A stretch of 63,994 bases of DNA, the filler included, from Octopus bimaculoides (taxonomy: Eukaryota), in assembly GCF_001194135.2 (NCBI RefSeq). It is 8 parts of 8 records of this genome, joined end to end, with 100 filler letters (N's around TTAATTAATTAA, not from the genome) between each part and the next. Parts side by side here need not be neighbours in the genome. Positions count along the whole stretch, not along the records: positions 1 to 6,912 come from NC_068992.1; positions 7,013 to 12,610 come from NW_026374244.1; 6 more parts are not named here. The stretch is one strand, 5' to 3'. Of this stretch, positions 1 through 11,844 are shown piece after piece. The notes below the pieces were generated by a model, which did not search any database, was not told the origin of the DNA, and saw only the letters and a list, made by a program, of their open reading frames with translations. The stretch's first letter is position 1. Each line of letters starts with the position of its first letter. A program made the position numbers and the translations under genes.

Positions 1-116
1 AGAAACTCTGCCAAATCAGATTGGAGCCTGGTGTAGCCATCTGGTTTCACCAGTCCTCAGTCAAATCGTCCAACCCATGCTAGCATGGAAAGCGGACGTT
101 AAACGACGACGACGAT
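1..116 (+). mobile_element. 3' end of an abundant SINE/LINE-tail family (family C) ending in TTAAAC(GAC/GAT)n
   Basis: AGAAACTCTGCCAAATCAGATTGGAGCC...CATGCTAGCATGGAAAGCGGACGTTAAACGACGACGAT is the near-exact reverse complement of 24598-24715 and is homologous to 28715-28846, 34060-34112 and 35140-35275. Confidence 0.8.
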
Positions 117-120
117 GTAT

Positions 121-348
121 GTGTGTGTATATGTTTGTGTGTCTGTGTTTGTCCCCCCCCCCTAACATCGCTTGACTACCGATGCTGGTATGTTTACGTC
201 CCGTAACTTAGCAGTTCGTCAATAAGAGACCGATCGAATAAGTACTAGGCTTGCAAAGAATAAGTCCTGGGGTTGATTTGCTCGACTAAAGGCGGTGCTC
301 TTGCATGGCTGCAGTCAAATGACTGAAACAAGTAAAAGAGTAAAAGAG
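121..348 (+). mobile_element. SINE family A, right-hand (post-microsatellite) module
   Basis: TGTTTGTGTGTCTGTGTTTGTCCCC...GACCGATCGAATAAGTACTAGGCTT...CAGTCAAATGACTGAAACAAGTAAAAGAGTAAAAGAG; the same module is at 11095, 40350, 42100 and 62300. Confidence 0.85.
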
Positions 349-349
349 A

Positions 350-1200
350 ATAATGAGCAACATTCTGAAAACATAAATTCCTCAAATGTAAAAAACAACC
401 TGAGTCACTGACAAATGCAAACACAACAACCACAAAACCAGTTGTTCAAAAATGTGGACCTCTAAACTGTGAAACATGCCCCAACCTACTGGAAGGCTTG
501 GAATTCCAACTCAAACAAGGAGAGAGGTTCACAATTAAGACCAACTTCACTTGTGCATCCAAGAATTTAATTTATGTTGTAACTTGTTCCAGTTGTGTAT
601 GTAACTATACAGGACAGACAAGTATGGCACTTAGATGGAAAACCACACTACGTAAGGAGCAGATCCATTTCCCAAAGTATAGACTGATACCTTTGAGTGC
701 ACACATAGAGAGATGTGCAGGGAATCTCCAACCAAATTTCACTATTTTTCCCATCTACCAGTGCAAAGAAACAATTTCTGTACAAGAACAGTTAAATAAA
801 GAAAATTTAATTATTGGAAAATACAGAATATGCCTAAATATGAATGCATGACCAACTTTGGTCTTGGTATATATTTTAATTCAAGATCACATATTGCACA
901 TATTTCATTTCACTACTTTAGCTTATGAGTTTTCGTGTTTATTTATCCCACCCCAAAAGTGAGCAATTACCTCCCCCATACCAAGTAATAACTATCACCA
1001 ATTACCTCCCCTAAGATATTTCTACTTGTTGATTCATTCACAAACTTTCATGCACAAACATGGACTAAGATCTTCTTAAGAAAATATGAAATTACAATAA
1101 TTTCAATGTCATAGTTAATGAAAGTGAAACCAGTCAACAACCACAATACCCTTTCATTTAAAATGTATTAAGACTATGTAAACTGTGGGCATTTTCCTTC
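350..1200 (+). mobile_element. Penelope-like element 3' fragment: Cys-rich linker plus GIY-YIG endonuclease (stop-free frame 369-851) and 3' UTR ending at (TA)n
   Basis: Frame reads KKQPESL...KCGPLNCETCP...FTCASKNLIYVVTCSSCVCNYTGQTSMALR, matching the PLE pattern C-x4/5-C-x2-C followed by FTCxSxNxIY..CxxC...Y(I/T)GQT..LR. Confidence 0.8.
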
Positions 1201-2169
1201 TTTTATATATATATATATAATTTTGTGTATATATATATATATATATATATATNNNNNNNNNNNNNNNNNNNNNNNNNNNNNNNNNNNNNNNNNNNNNNNN
1301 NNNNNNNNNNNNNNNNNNNNNNNNNNNNNNNNNNNNNNNNNNNNNNNNNNNNNNNNNNNNNNNNNNNNNNNNNNNNNNNNNNNNNNNNNNNNNNNNNNNN
1401 NNNNNNNNNNNNNNNNNNNNNNNNNNNNNNNNNNNNNNNNNNNNNNNNNNNNNNNNNNNNNNNNNNNNNNNNNNNNNNNNNNNNNNNNNNNNNNNNNNNN
1501 NNNNNNNNNNNNNNNNNNNNNNNNNNNNNNNNNNNNNNNNNNNNNNNNNNNNNNNNNNNNNNNNNNNNNNNNNNNNNNNNNNNNNNNNNNNNNNNNNNNN
1601 NNNNNNNNNNNNNNNNNNNNNNNNNNNNNNNNNNNNNNNNNNNNNNNNNNNNNNNNNNNNNNNNNNNNNNNNNNNNNNNNNNNNNNNNNNNNNNNNNNNN
1701 NNNNNNNNNNNNNNNNNNNNNNNNNNNNNNNNNNNNNNNNNNNNNNNNNNNNNNNNNNNNNNNNNNNNNNNNNNNNNNNNNNNNNNNNNNNNNNNNNNNN
1801 NNNNNNNNNNNNNNNNNNNNNNNNNNNNNNNNNNNNNNNNNNNNNNNNNNNNNNNNNNNNNNNNNNNNNNNNNNNNNNNNNNNNNNNNNNNNNNNNNNNN
1901 NNNNNNNNNNNNNNNNNNNNNNNNNNNNNNNNNNNNNNNNNNNNNNNNNNNNNNNNNNNNNNNNNNNNNNNNNNNNNNNNNNNNNNNNNNNNNNNNNNNN
2001 NNNNNNNNNNNNNNNNNNNNNNNNNNNNNNNNNNNNNNNNNNNNNNNNNNNNNNNNNNNNNNNNNNNNNNNNNNNNNNNNNNNNNNNNNNNNNNNNNNNN
2101 NNNNNNNNNNNNNNNNNNNNNNNNNNNNNNNNNNNNNNNNNATATATATATACATATATATATACATGT

Positions 2170-3395
2170 ATATATAGGGAGAATTCACAAAAGACAACAG
2201 ACGAAGACAGGTGGTGTAGACAACAAACAGAAGTATTAGTATAATGCTCAGGAAGTGAAAAAGTCTTTAATGTTTCGAGCCTACACTCTTCCACACAAAG
2301 AAAGAAGGAGAGAAAATAAAGAATGGGTAGTGGCTACCGATCTTTCATGGCGAATGCCGGACAGAAGGGTCACACAAGCGAGCTAGGGAGAAGGGGAGAT
2401 AATAAAGTAGTGGTAATCCCAAAACGAAGGTGCGCATGTGTGTTTATAAGAGTTTTTTTAATGTGTGTGTGGAAGAGGGCTGGTAATCTTGACGTGTGTG
2501 TGTGTGTATGTGTAGGCATGAAAATGTAGAACTGAGAAGTGGTCAGTACTGGTGTGTACGTGGTGGTGTGTTGTAATGTGATGTGTTGTGTGGTATATGG
2601 TGTAGTGGTGTGTGGTGTGATGGTGTTGAGAGGTGGGGGATGCGAGAGTGGAGAAATAAGGGTGGGGTGTGGGTTAGGCTGAGGGTTGGGGTAGAGGTGG
2701 GATAGGTTGATGGGCAGAGGGTGGGGGTAGATGTGAGGCATGTGGGAGTGGGTGTAAGGGATTGTGTGGGGTGCGATGGGAAGGAGAGGGAAGGTGGGTT
2801 TAGAATGTGTAGGGGTGGGCTGGGCCGGGCTTATGAGGGAGGGGTGACGATGAAGGGGGAAAGAGAAGGTGGGTAGGAGTGAATAGAAGAGAGAATGAGA
2901 GTAGGAGTGAAGAGAAGAACTAGGAGTCAGAGCAAGAGAGGAGAAGTGGGTAGGAGGAAGTAGGTGTGAAGGGGAGAGAAGCAAGATGAGTAGCTCAAAG
3001 AAAGAGGGGAGGAGAGTTGAGTCCATGTGGTGCAAAGGAGCGAAGAGAGAAGATTAATTTCTGTTCACAGCGCAAACGTTAGTCCAGATGGCCCATGTGC
3101 AAGGACAATTCAAACATGGACAGGTGTTGCAATGAGTGACCAGTAGAGCAGAAATGGCACGAGAGTGGGGTGTCATTGCTGAGTCAGATGTCTCGGTGGT
3201 GTTCCACAAACCGGTCAGCAAAGTGGCGTCCCATTTACCCGAGTTATAGAGAAGGGCAGAGAGAGCAGGAGATGTAGTTGATGATATTAGTAGAAGTGCA
3301 GGTGAAGGAGTCTGTGATATGATAGGGTCAATGATGGGTGCCAGTGAGGAGAGTGGTGTTGGAGAGTTAAGGGCAAGTGTTGCAGTGTGGGCGAT
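2170..3395 (-). mobile_element. Degenerate 5'-truncated Penelope-like element (GIY-YIG region, C-rich 3' UTR, pLTR); same family as 20105-22086
   Basis: Minus strand reads HCNTCP*...YHITDSFTCTSTNII...CSLCPSL*LG...RHFADRFVEH...LNSPPSF with several stops; the 3' UTR and terminus (TTTGTGAATTCTCCCTATATA) are colinear with 21310-22086. Confidence 0.85.
2265..2296 (-). ncRNA. Degenerate hammerhead-like motif in PLE pLTR
   Basis: Minus strand GTGTGGAA-GAGT-GTAG-GCTC-GAAAC-AT-T-AAAG: stem II and GAAAC are present; the core and stem I 5' strand are damaged relative to the copy at 21954. Confidence 0.4.
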
Positions 3396-3699
3396 ATATA
3401 TAAATATCTTTATACGTATATAATTATATTTCTGTGTCTCATTCTGCAAATAATGTAATAATATACACACTGGTGATAGATAATCAATTAATATGTCTTT
3501 CATTGGCATTTTAAATGATTTTTCTGTAACAGTCTTTTCCCTCTTCTACCTGTCATTGAATGGTATTTACCGATGGTGCAGGTACATGTCTGCAGGAGCA
3601 CATCTCTTGTATTCTTGTGTGATAAGAAAACTTAGTTGTAATTATGGCGGTGATATGTGTCTTTATGATAGTGAACATCCATGAGTGTTCATATTTATG

Positions 3700-4045
3700 T
3701 TTATTTTTGTGTCTCATTGTATGCTTATATATGTGCATGTGTGTGTATAGGTATTATATATTATATGTTATATATTGTATATATAAGTGTGTATGTGAGC
3801 ATATGTGTGTTTTGTTTTGTTTCATTGTATGTATGTGGCTTTACAGATATACATTTATATATATATATATATATATATGTATGCATATGTGTATTTTATT
3901 TTTGTGTCTCATTACATCTATGTACCTGTATGTGTGTGTGATTATAGATATTATACATTATACATTATATATTGTATATATGTGTATATATAAGCTTGTA
4001 TGTGAGCATATGTGTTTTAGTTTTGTTTAATTGTATGTATGTATA
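3700..4045. repeat. Imperfect ~195-bp tandem duplication of TA/TG-rich low-complexity sequence
   Basis: TTTTTGTGTCTCATT...TGTATGTGAGCATATGTG...ATTGTATGTATG occurs at ~3705-3835 and again at ~3900-4045. Confidence 0.55.
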
Positions 4046-5929
4046 TATATATGTGTGTTTGTGTGTGTGTGTGTGTGTGTGTATGTATGCGGGTATGTTT
4101 ACTGATATATATAATGCATACATATATATGAATATATATATATATATATATTATTTATATATATATCTGTATATGTATGTTTTATTTTTGTTTCATTGTA
4201 TGTGTATATTTATATGTGTGTGTGTGTGTGTGCATATGTATGCGCGTATGTATGTGTCTGTGTGTGTATGTGTGTTCTCAGGCATATAGACACTAACTAT
4301 GCGAAACCAACAATTGTCTTTATTGTATTTTCTTGGTGTTTCTAGTACATAAAGAAAATTAAATAAACTCTACATAAATCTTCAACAGTGGAAATTGTGA
4401 GATTATTGTTTGTCAGATTATAAACAGTCAGCAATAATCCTTCCTAAGAATATTTTGTTTTTTCTTCCTTCAATGGCCATTATTTAAAACACTGGAGTAA
4501 CATTGAAGTAAGGGAAAAATGAAACTTATTTGAGATACTTTGCCTCCACTAATACTGCTACAAGTGATATTGTGCATAAGAATTTGATGGAATATCTTTT
4601 AAGATGTTTTTTATTCTTGTTGACAATATTTTCATTTTGGCTTGAAATAGATTATTTCCGTTTTCTTTTTTCTCATTATTTTAAGATTTTTTGTAAATTT
4701 ATTCCAATTTCATTTTCATGAATCATTATTGTGAGGAAATAAAAACAACATATGTAATTATTGTAGCACAAATATTAGCAGGCAGATGAAATGCTTAACA
4801 GTGTTCAGCTTTGACTCTCTGTCTTTCTAACACTCTCTCAAACTCTTGCTGTGCTGGAAGTCCTTTGTTATGTTCTCAAAGTCAAGGTTGGTTTCAGGTG
4901 CCTCGTCATATGTATATGTTAAAACACTATGCTATTTTGTGTAAAATGCTATACTATTCTATCAGCCAACACACTATTTGGGTGAAAGTGAATTTCTGTT
5001 CCATCAAGACTGGCATAAATACAGAGTGCAAAAGCAACGACTGCCTTTTCCTCTTACCATCTTATTAACATGGCCTTGTAATTCACCTAACGGAAACTTT
5101 ATGGAGGTTCTGCAGTTTATTGATTTAAAAAATGGCCAACTTGCATCCTTTAAACCAGGTGGAACTAAATGTTGCTGTCGAGATCATCTCAGTTACTATA
5201 ACACCAGAGTTATGTCACAAGCTGGCTTTTTCTATACCATGATGTATTGCAACAGATATTGTGAAATAACCAATAATAACTAATGTTCCATACCAATATT
5301 ACAATCATTCACTGACTTGCTCTGAATGTCCAAATGCTTAACTTTAATGGTTTAAGATATAGGATGTTTTAGTGATTCTTGCATGCAAATCATGAATACT
5401 GGCTTGTGTCAACAAAATACTGAGAATAGTTGTGTCTAGACCTAGTAATGTTCTGATGTGATTGTTTATGAATAACCAGTTTTTGCACAATATTCCAATT
5501 TTATGGAGTAGCTCCAATTTTATGCAATACTTCAATTTTAGGCATATAGCTGTGTGGTTAAGAAGTCAACATCACAAACATCTGGTTTTGAGCTCATTCA
5601 CACTGTGTGACACAAAGGGCAAGTATCTTCTACAGTATCCTCAGATTGGCCTTCAAAGTAAAACTGATAAGTTAAAAACAAAGGTAGGAGCTGAAATTAT
5701 TTTTCCTTGGTAGAGGTGATGACTTCCAAACAACTGTTCATAGTTATTATTAAACAAGTTCCATTCTGGCATGGACTTAGACCAGTCTCGTGGCCTGAAG
5801 ATATTCTAAAATATTTTCTCCAATTTGTTTAGATTCAAAACTGCTCTGAAATGTTAATATATTTCTCAATCAATAATATTCATGTCTTTATATGTGCTGT
5901 ATAAGGGAGGGTTGTAATTTTTACTTATA

Positions 5930-6480
5930 AGCCCAGGTTCACTACATATATATTATGCTTTTACTCTTTTAATTCTATAAGCCAATGGAGTGCAGTCTTG
6001 CTGCTGCATGGTCAAGTAGATGTTAACTAAGCCACTTCACCCACAGCCCGTTTGGTAAGGAGGGTAACTAGAAACTCAGAAGCAAAAAACCAATGCCAAA
6101 ACCATGACTGAAACTGTCATAAGGTCAACAGCTGTGTAATAATTGTGTAAGGATTTAGAAATCCTGGATTAGTGTTTGGTGTATTGTGAGACCACAAAAA
6201 ATGATGCACACTTCTTTCATTAGAGTATGACTCTAAGAATAAATGGTACTACTGTCTGCAGCTATACAGGCAGGATGAATGGGCTGGTGATGTAGCCTTG
6301 ACAATCACTGATTATTAATTGTCACAGTTAGTGAATGTCTAATAAGTGATAAAGTTGAGGGAACTCGTCACTGGCAGTAAATTGGGCTACAAAAGAACTG
6401 GGGTCCACTGAGAATATTAAATTTAAAGAGAAAATGAAGATGTACAAAAATGGTGATTGTCTCTGAATTCCCTAAACTTC
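5930..6480 (+). mobile_element. Possible ancient RTE-like LINE 5' region / APE endonuclease remnant
   Basis: Frameshifted traces (..YTGRMNG / AGDVALTI, resembling YSG...GV(A/G)(L/I)) and patchy nucleotide similarity to the reverse complement of 32640-32800; heavily decayed. Confidence 0.25.
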
Positions 6481-6912
6481 AATCATGAGACTGGAAATGT
6501 TCATATACACACACACACACACACATTTCCATGTATATATTATACATCTTATTTATAAAAATATTTTTTTACCAAACCATCAATGCGAAAAGAATAAAAT
6601 GTCATCAAAATTATTACCATATAACTTACAACTATGACAGAAATTGTAAAAGAAATTCATTGTTTCTTTCTCTCAGCCTTTTTCTCTTTCTTCTCCATTT
6701 ATTTTGTAAAATCTCAATATGAATGAACTTTCAATAATGTACATTTGTTATGATCTTAGCCGAACATATATATTGATATTACTATCTATCCCTGTGAAAG
6801 TCATTGAAATTTCTGTGAACATTTGAACACTTGATGGTTTAAACATGTTTGTCCAATTTTTACCTTGTAATTTTAAACTCTCCAAAACCATGTTTTATAT
6901 ATATATATATAT

Positions 6913-7012
6913 NNNNNNNNNNNNNNNNNNNNNNNNNNNNNNNNNNNNNNNNNNNNTTAATTAATTAANNNNNNNNNNNNNNNNNNNNNNNNNNNNNNNN
7001 NNNNNNNNNNNN
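6913..7012. other. Artificial scaffold-join spacer (44 N + TTAATTAATTAA + 44 N)
   Basis: An identical 100-bp construct occurs 7 times (12-mer starts at 6957, 12655, 23786, 36592, 45314, 57280, 62936); the 12-mer is a palindrome with stop codons in all six frames. Confidence 0.95.
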
Positions 7013-7334
7013 TTTAAAGCAAACACATAATTTTCTTATGGTTTCTTAAACATTCACTAGAACAAAACTGTACAAATCCAAATATATGGTACCCTAGGCA
7101 TAGCACCTACATGAATTTCTAACTTGTTGTCTCTTGAGGTCTCTGGGTGAGACTTGAATCCAACTTGTACAAATGCAAGACAAAAGTCAAACATAAAATA
7201 ATAATAATAATAATAATGATAATAATAATAATTATAATAATAATATTGACCAGATCTCAGGGAAACCAACAATCTACGAGGTTCAAATATTGTGCTGATC
7301 TCAACTGAAAAAGAAGGGACATATGCATAGCATA

Positions 7335-7646
7335 CAAGGTTTAAAAAGGGGGAGGAAGGGGTGGTGGAGAGGATGATAGAGATGTAGCCCTACTGATACA
7401 AGAAGACCTATAGGGATAATCGAGGAACCCCATTGCCTTCTCCAATTCTTTCTCTCCGAGTTCCAGGTCTACACTGAGAGAGGTACCATCTGCTCTTGCC
7501 ATTTTAGAAACTGCCACCAACCTTTCAATAAATTCACTCGAGGACAGCACTTCCCTCTCCACTCTCAATTTCCTTTCCAGGGGAAACTTGAAGAAGTCAA
7601 TGAGAGCTCTACTAAAGAGGAATGCATCCACTCTTTCGCCACAGCC
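7335..7646 (-). mobile_element. 3' end of an L1/Tx1-like LINE (ORF2 C-terminus plus 3' UTR)
   Basis: Minus frame VDAFLFSRALIDFFKFPLERKLRVEREVLSSSEFIERLVAVSKMARADGTSLSVDL resembles Tx1-type ORF2 C-termini (..LK.K.RVE...L....F.ERW); a pyrimidine-rich end CCCCTTCCTCCCCCTTTTT follows. Confidence 0.5.
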
Positions 7647-7670
7647 AATAACAACAAAGATATTAATTAT

Positions 7671-7706
<36 letters not shown>

Positions 7707-7708
<2 letters not shown>

Positions 7709-8510
7709 CTCAGAGATATCGAAGGAAAAGGCAAGATCAACACTTGGAGGTGGCTAAGAAAAAGTGATCTGAAAGGATGCACTGAGGTATTGATGTGTAG
7801 GAAGAAGCTCTAAGAACTACTTACACCAAGTTCCAAATAGAAAACAGCAGTGAATCACCCTTTTGTAGGATGTGTGGCAGGAAAATCGAAACAATATCAT
7901 ATATTGCGAGTGTAGCAAGCTGGCCTAACAGCACTGCAAAACGAGGCTCGATAACGTGGCTAAGTTCGTCCACTGGGAGCTATGTGGTTTGGACAGAGCA
8001 CGGAAATGGTACGAACAGGATCCAGAAGGAGTCACCGAGAACAAGGAATATAAGATACTATGAGATTTTACAATCCAGTGTGACTCCCTAACCGATGCCC
8101 GGAGACCACATATTGTTGAGGTAGATAAAGGAAAAAAGGAAACCAGGATTATACATTTTGCAACACCTGGGAATGCACACATAAGTGACAAAGAACTAGA
8201 AAAGATTGAAAAGTACAGACCACTAAAAGATGAAATTGCAAGAATGTGGACTACGAAGTGAGTGTTTGTCATTCCAGTAGTTGTAGGGGCACACGGAGCA
8301 CTAATAACCAAGTTCGAGAAATATGTCAGATAAATCGGGGACAGCTAAGATTTTAAGATTGGATGCTGAATGTCTCCCACGATAATTAACAAGCAAGTAT
8401 CAAAGCTTATAATGTGCAGAAAGATACCCTGTGAGACCTCTGACAGCAGGCTGTTGTCCGCTCTCACAGAATCTACCAGAGCAAACAAGACCAACCGCTC
8501 TGAGAAGTAA
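7707..8510 (+). mobile_element. 5'-truncated R4/Dong-type non-LTR retrotransposon (zinc knuckle plus restriction-like endonuclease), degenerate
   Basis: Frameshifted translation TWRWLRKSDLK..TE / CRMCGRKIETISYI..ECSKLA / DNVAKFVHWELC / KIL*DFTIQCD...ARRPHIVEVDK...KELEKIEKYRPLKDEIARMW...VIPVVVGA; flanked by (AAT)n on the left and (AAC)n/(AAT)n on the right. Confidence 0.85.
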
Positions 8511-8863
8511 AACAACAACAACAACAACAACAACAAAAATAATAATAATAATGACAGCAATTTTAGAGCAGGGTATGGCGGAAGACATCGACCCCAGCAC
8601 TTGACAAAATTTTATTGACACTGGAAGGATGAAAAGGATAGTGTCAACTCGTTGTGTTCTAAATTGCTGGCCTTGTGCCTAAATTAAAAACGGTTGAAGA
8701 TTAGCAGAATAATTAATTCATACTCCCGGGGTTGATAAAATAAATATCAATCAAGTACAGCGGATGATGTAATTAACAAAACCCCTCCTTTCAAAATTAC
8801 TAACGTTGTATCTAAATCAGAAACCATTATGAATGTTGAAAACAATTACAAATTATTCTATTA

Positions 8864-8972
8864 GGTGTAGGCGTGGGCATGTGGTTAAGACGTTCGTTTC
8901 GCAGCCACGTGGTTTCAGGTTCAATTCCATTGTGCGGCACCTTGGACAAGTGACTTCTACTATGGCCCTGAA
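8864..8972 (+). mobile_element. SINE family A head (tRNA-like plus CORE-like)
   Basis: GTGGTTAAG (A-box-like), GGTTCAATTCC (B-box-like), GCACCTTGGACAAGTGACTTCTACTATGGCC. Confidence 0.65.
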
Positions 8973-9689
8973 ACTTCCACAACGACGTCGTACGTACACA
9001 CAGTCACAAACACACACACTTGTGTAAGTGTGTATGTATGTATGTATGCATGTATGCATGTATGTATGTATGAACGTATGTATACATGTGTGTGTATATG
9101 TACATACACACACACACATATATAATATGCTTGTATGTATGCACACGTATACACTCACATATTACATTATATAATTATAATGCAGTCTGCTAGTATACAA
9201 CCATATATTCCTTTTCATGTAGGCATGGACGGAAAATTTCGTTTTTGCAGTTACAAAAGTCAGGAAGTGTCACATGCGATTTGTAGGAATTGTGAAGAAA
9301 CCTGAACGAGAAGATCATCCGACGGGTTTCTGTCAAAGCGTGCTTCTTAACCATCCAACCAGACCTGCACTTATAAATAAAATAAAATAATATAAATACC
9401 AGTCACATACTTGGGTCGATAAACCATTGTCCCTTTATTCACACAATATTTTCACTGTATATGCTTTAGAAATAAATTATCATTTTTCCTGAATTTATAA
9501 TATATCCGTAATTAATTAATTTAATTATATAATATGATATAATATATTCATGATTTATGGTTTATTATTATCACTAGCGTTTTAGTTTATTTTTTTGTTT
9601 TTAAGAGTTATTATTTTTAATTATCGAATATTAATTTGTTTACTTGTTTTTTATTTCTTATGTATTGTTGAGCGGTATTCATTTGTTAT

Positions 9690-10205
9690 TCCTTATCTGT
9701 TTATTATTGATATTATTTTCTGTTGTTGTTACTGTTATTGCCATCGTTATTATTATTGTTGTTGTTGTTGTTCTTCTTATTATTATTATCATATTGTTCA
9801 TGTTATTATTGTTGTTATTGTCCTTGTTATTTTTGTTATTATTACTATCATTTTTATTACTATTAATATCATTACTATTATTATTATGTTTTTGATGTTG
9901 TTGTTATTCATATTATCGTCATTGTTATTATTGTCATTATTATCATTAATATTATTATCATTTTTATTATTATTATAAAGTACGAGTAATCGACTTCCCC
10001 ATCCCCTCAAAATTCCTGGTCTTTTGCCAAAAATTATAATGAATTATTATTATTATTATTATTATTATTATTGCTGCTGTTGTTGTTGTTGTTGTTGTTG
10101 TTCTTCTTCTTCTTCTTCTTCTTCTTCGTCTTCTCCTCCTCCTCCTCCTCCTCATCATCATCATCGCTACCACCACCATCATCTCCATCATCATTAGCAG
10201 TAGTA
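9690..10205. repeat. Compound trinucleotide microsatellites (TTA/TTG/TTC/CTC/ATC)
   Basis: Directly visible; source of the poly-I/L/R ORFs in the track. Confidence 0.9.
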
Positions 10206-10897
10206 GCAGCTATCAGTTATTGTTAAATTACAAAATTGGGCACCAGAACGTTTTTATTTTTTTTAATAAAATTCATTTAAATATTCGTTTAATTAATTTT
10301 CGGAGTTCAGCATGACCTGTAGAGCCTTTGGAGTGTACACAAAACGCTCATTATTTATGCAAATCAACCATACACATACACACACACGCACAAGTACACA
10401 TGCACGCACATACACGCAAGTATCTACTCACCGTCTAATGCCTCACAAACAAGCATCAAACGAGAAGCTTAGAAGTTTCTGTCAGATTTTGCTCAAATCA
10501 CACCTCACCGTTCTTTAAAAGGAGGGAGGACGCATTAGATGACGTAATCCTAGATATCTTTAAACTGTCAGGACTGTCACGGCCGGAATGCCGTAGATCA
10601 TAGGTCTGCTCGAATAATGCTAGCCTGGAACAAAAGAACAACAACAATGGTAGCAGCAGCAGCAGCAGCAGCAGCAATAACAACAACGGCAGTAATAGCA
10701 GCAAGAACAGCAACACAACGACAACAAGAACAACAACTCTGTATGTATAGATGTGCCCTTATTTCGGTTGTTCTTCGAAAATCTTTATGAATTGTATTCT
10801 ATATCTCATTTGTAACAGTACTTACTGGTGATTTCCGATGATGTGTGACAGAAGAGGACCAGTGGTTAAAAAAAAAAAAGAAAAGAAAAAAGAATTA

Positions 10898-11228
10898 GGC
10901 GTAGGAGTGGCTGTGTGGTAAGTAGCTTGCTTACCAACCACATGGTTCCGGGTTCAGTCCCACTGCGTGGCACCTTGGGCAAGTGTCTTCTACTATAGCC
11001 TCGGGCCGACCAAAGCCTTGTGAGTGGATTTGATAGACGGAAACTGAAAGAAGCCCGTCGTATGCCTGTATATATATATATATGTATATGTGTGTATGTG
11101 TTTGTGTGTCTGTGTTTGTCCCCCCCAACATCGCTTGACAACCGATGCTGGTGTGTTTACGTCCCCGTAACTTAGCGGTTCGGTAAAAGAGACCGATAGA
11201 ATAAGTACTAGGCTTACAAAGAATAAGT
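10898..11228 (+). mobile_element. SINE family A, near-consensus copy (tRNA-like head, CORE-like block, internal microsatellite, right module cut by gap)
   Basis: GGCGTAGGAGTGGCTGTGTGGTAAGTAGC...GGGTTCAGTCCCACTGCGTGGCACCTTGGGCAAGTGTCTTC...GAAAGAAGCCCGTCG-(TA/TG)n-right module. CCTTGGGCAAGT matches the CORE-SINE motif; octopus OR2 is a known CORE-SINE, but the identity is not verified. Confidence 0.9.
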
Positions 11229-11844
11229 NNNNNNNNNNNNNNNNNNNNNNNNNNNNNNNNNNNNNNNNNNNNNNNNNNNNNNNNNNNNNNNNNNNNNNNN
11301 NNNNNNNNNNNNNNNNNNNNNNNNNNNNNNNNNNNNNNNNNNNNNNNNNNNNNNNNNNNNNNNNNNNNNNNNNNNNNNNNNNNNNNNNNNNNNNNNNNNN
11401 NNNNNNNNNNNNNNNNNNNNNNNNNNNNNNNNNNNNNNNNNNNNNNNNNNNNNNNNNNNNNNNNNNNNNNNNNNNNNNNNNNNNNNNNNNNNNNNNNNNN
11501 NNNNNNNNNNNNNNNNNNNNNNNNNNNNNNNNNNNNNNNNNNNNNNNNNNNNNNNNNNNNNNNNAAAAATCAAGCTAGTGGAATTCTATGAGAACTACTT
11601 GTTTATGGTTGCAAAGTGCCAGAGATCTCCCTTTAACGGAGAATAAAGCGAAGGCGAGGAATATTTGAAGTCGTACCACATCCTGTGTGCTCATACACAT
11701 CTCTGTCTCATGCAACGCATCAGACTTTCACAGACGTATAAGTTCATAAACGCGCACACACACATTCATACAGACACATTTTCGTAAGCTTATGTGTGTT
11801 TGCATGTGTATGTGTTTGCATGTATATGTGTATGCATGTATGTT

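Noticed and set aside
1111-1140. TTAATGA-AAGT-GAAAC-CA-GTC, an HHR-like trace downstream of the first PLE fragment
   Set aside because: The position is suggestive, but the core has two mismatches and there is no stem II; too degenerate to call.
3533-3581. Possible 49-nt plus-strand exon (..TAACAG|TCTTTT...GTGCAG|GTACAT), LFPLLPVIEWYLPMVQ or FSLFYLSLNGIYRWC
   Set aside because: Splice-like sites of this quality occur by chance; no recognisable protein and no partner exons.
4730-5535. Non-repetitive-looking stretch with weak peptide echoes (HFHPNSVL; LHARITKTSY)
   Set aside because: Stops in all frames and the motifs point to different families; could be an ancient LINE but cannot be supported.
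6957-6968. TTAATTAATTAA as a regularly recurring biological repeat or CRISPR-like array
   Set aside because: Always centred in exactly 44+44 N; it is an assembly linker. No CRISPR array or prokaryotic gene is present in the window.
7707-8510. Idea that the Dong-like LINE mobilises family B SINEs because both sit in TAA/ATT tracts
   Set aside because: Their orientation relative to the tract is opposite (LINE in (AAT)n, SINE in (ATT)n) and no shared 3' tail is visible.
10898-10975. SINE heads as tRNA genes
   Set aside because: A/B boxes are present, but no complete cloverleaf or acceptor stem, and each continues into SINE body sequence.
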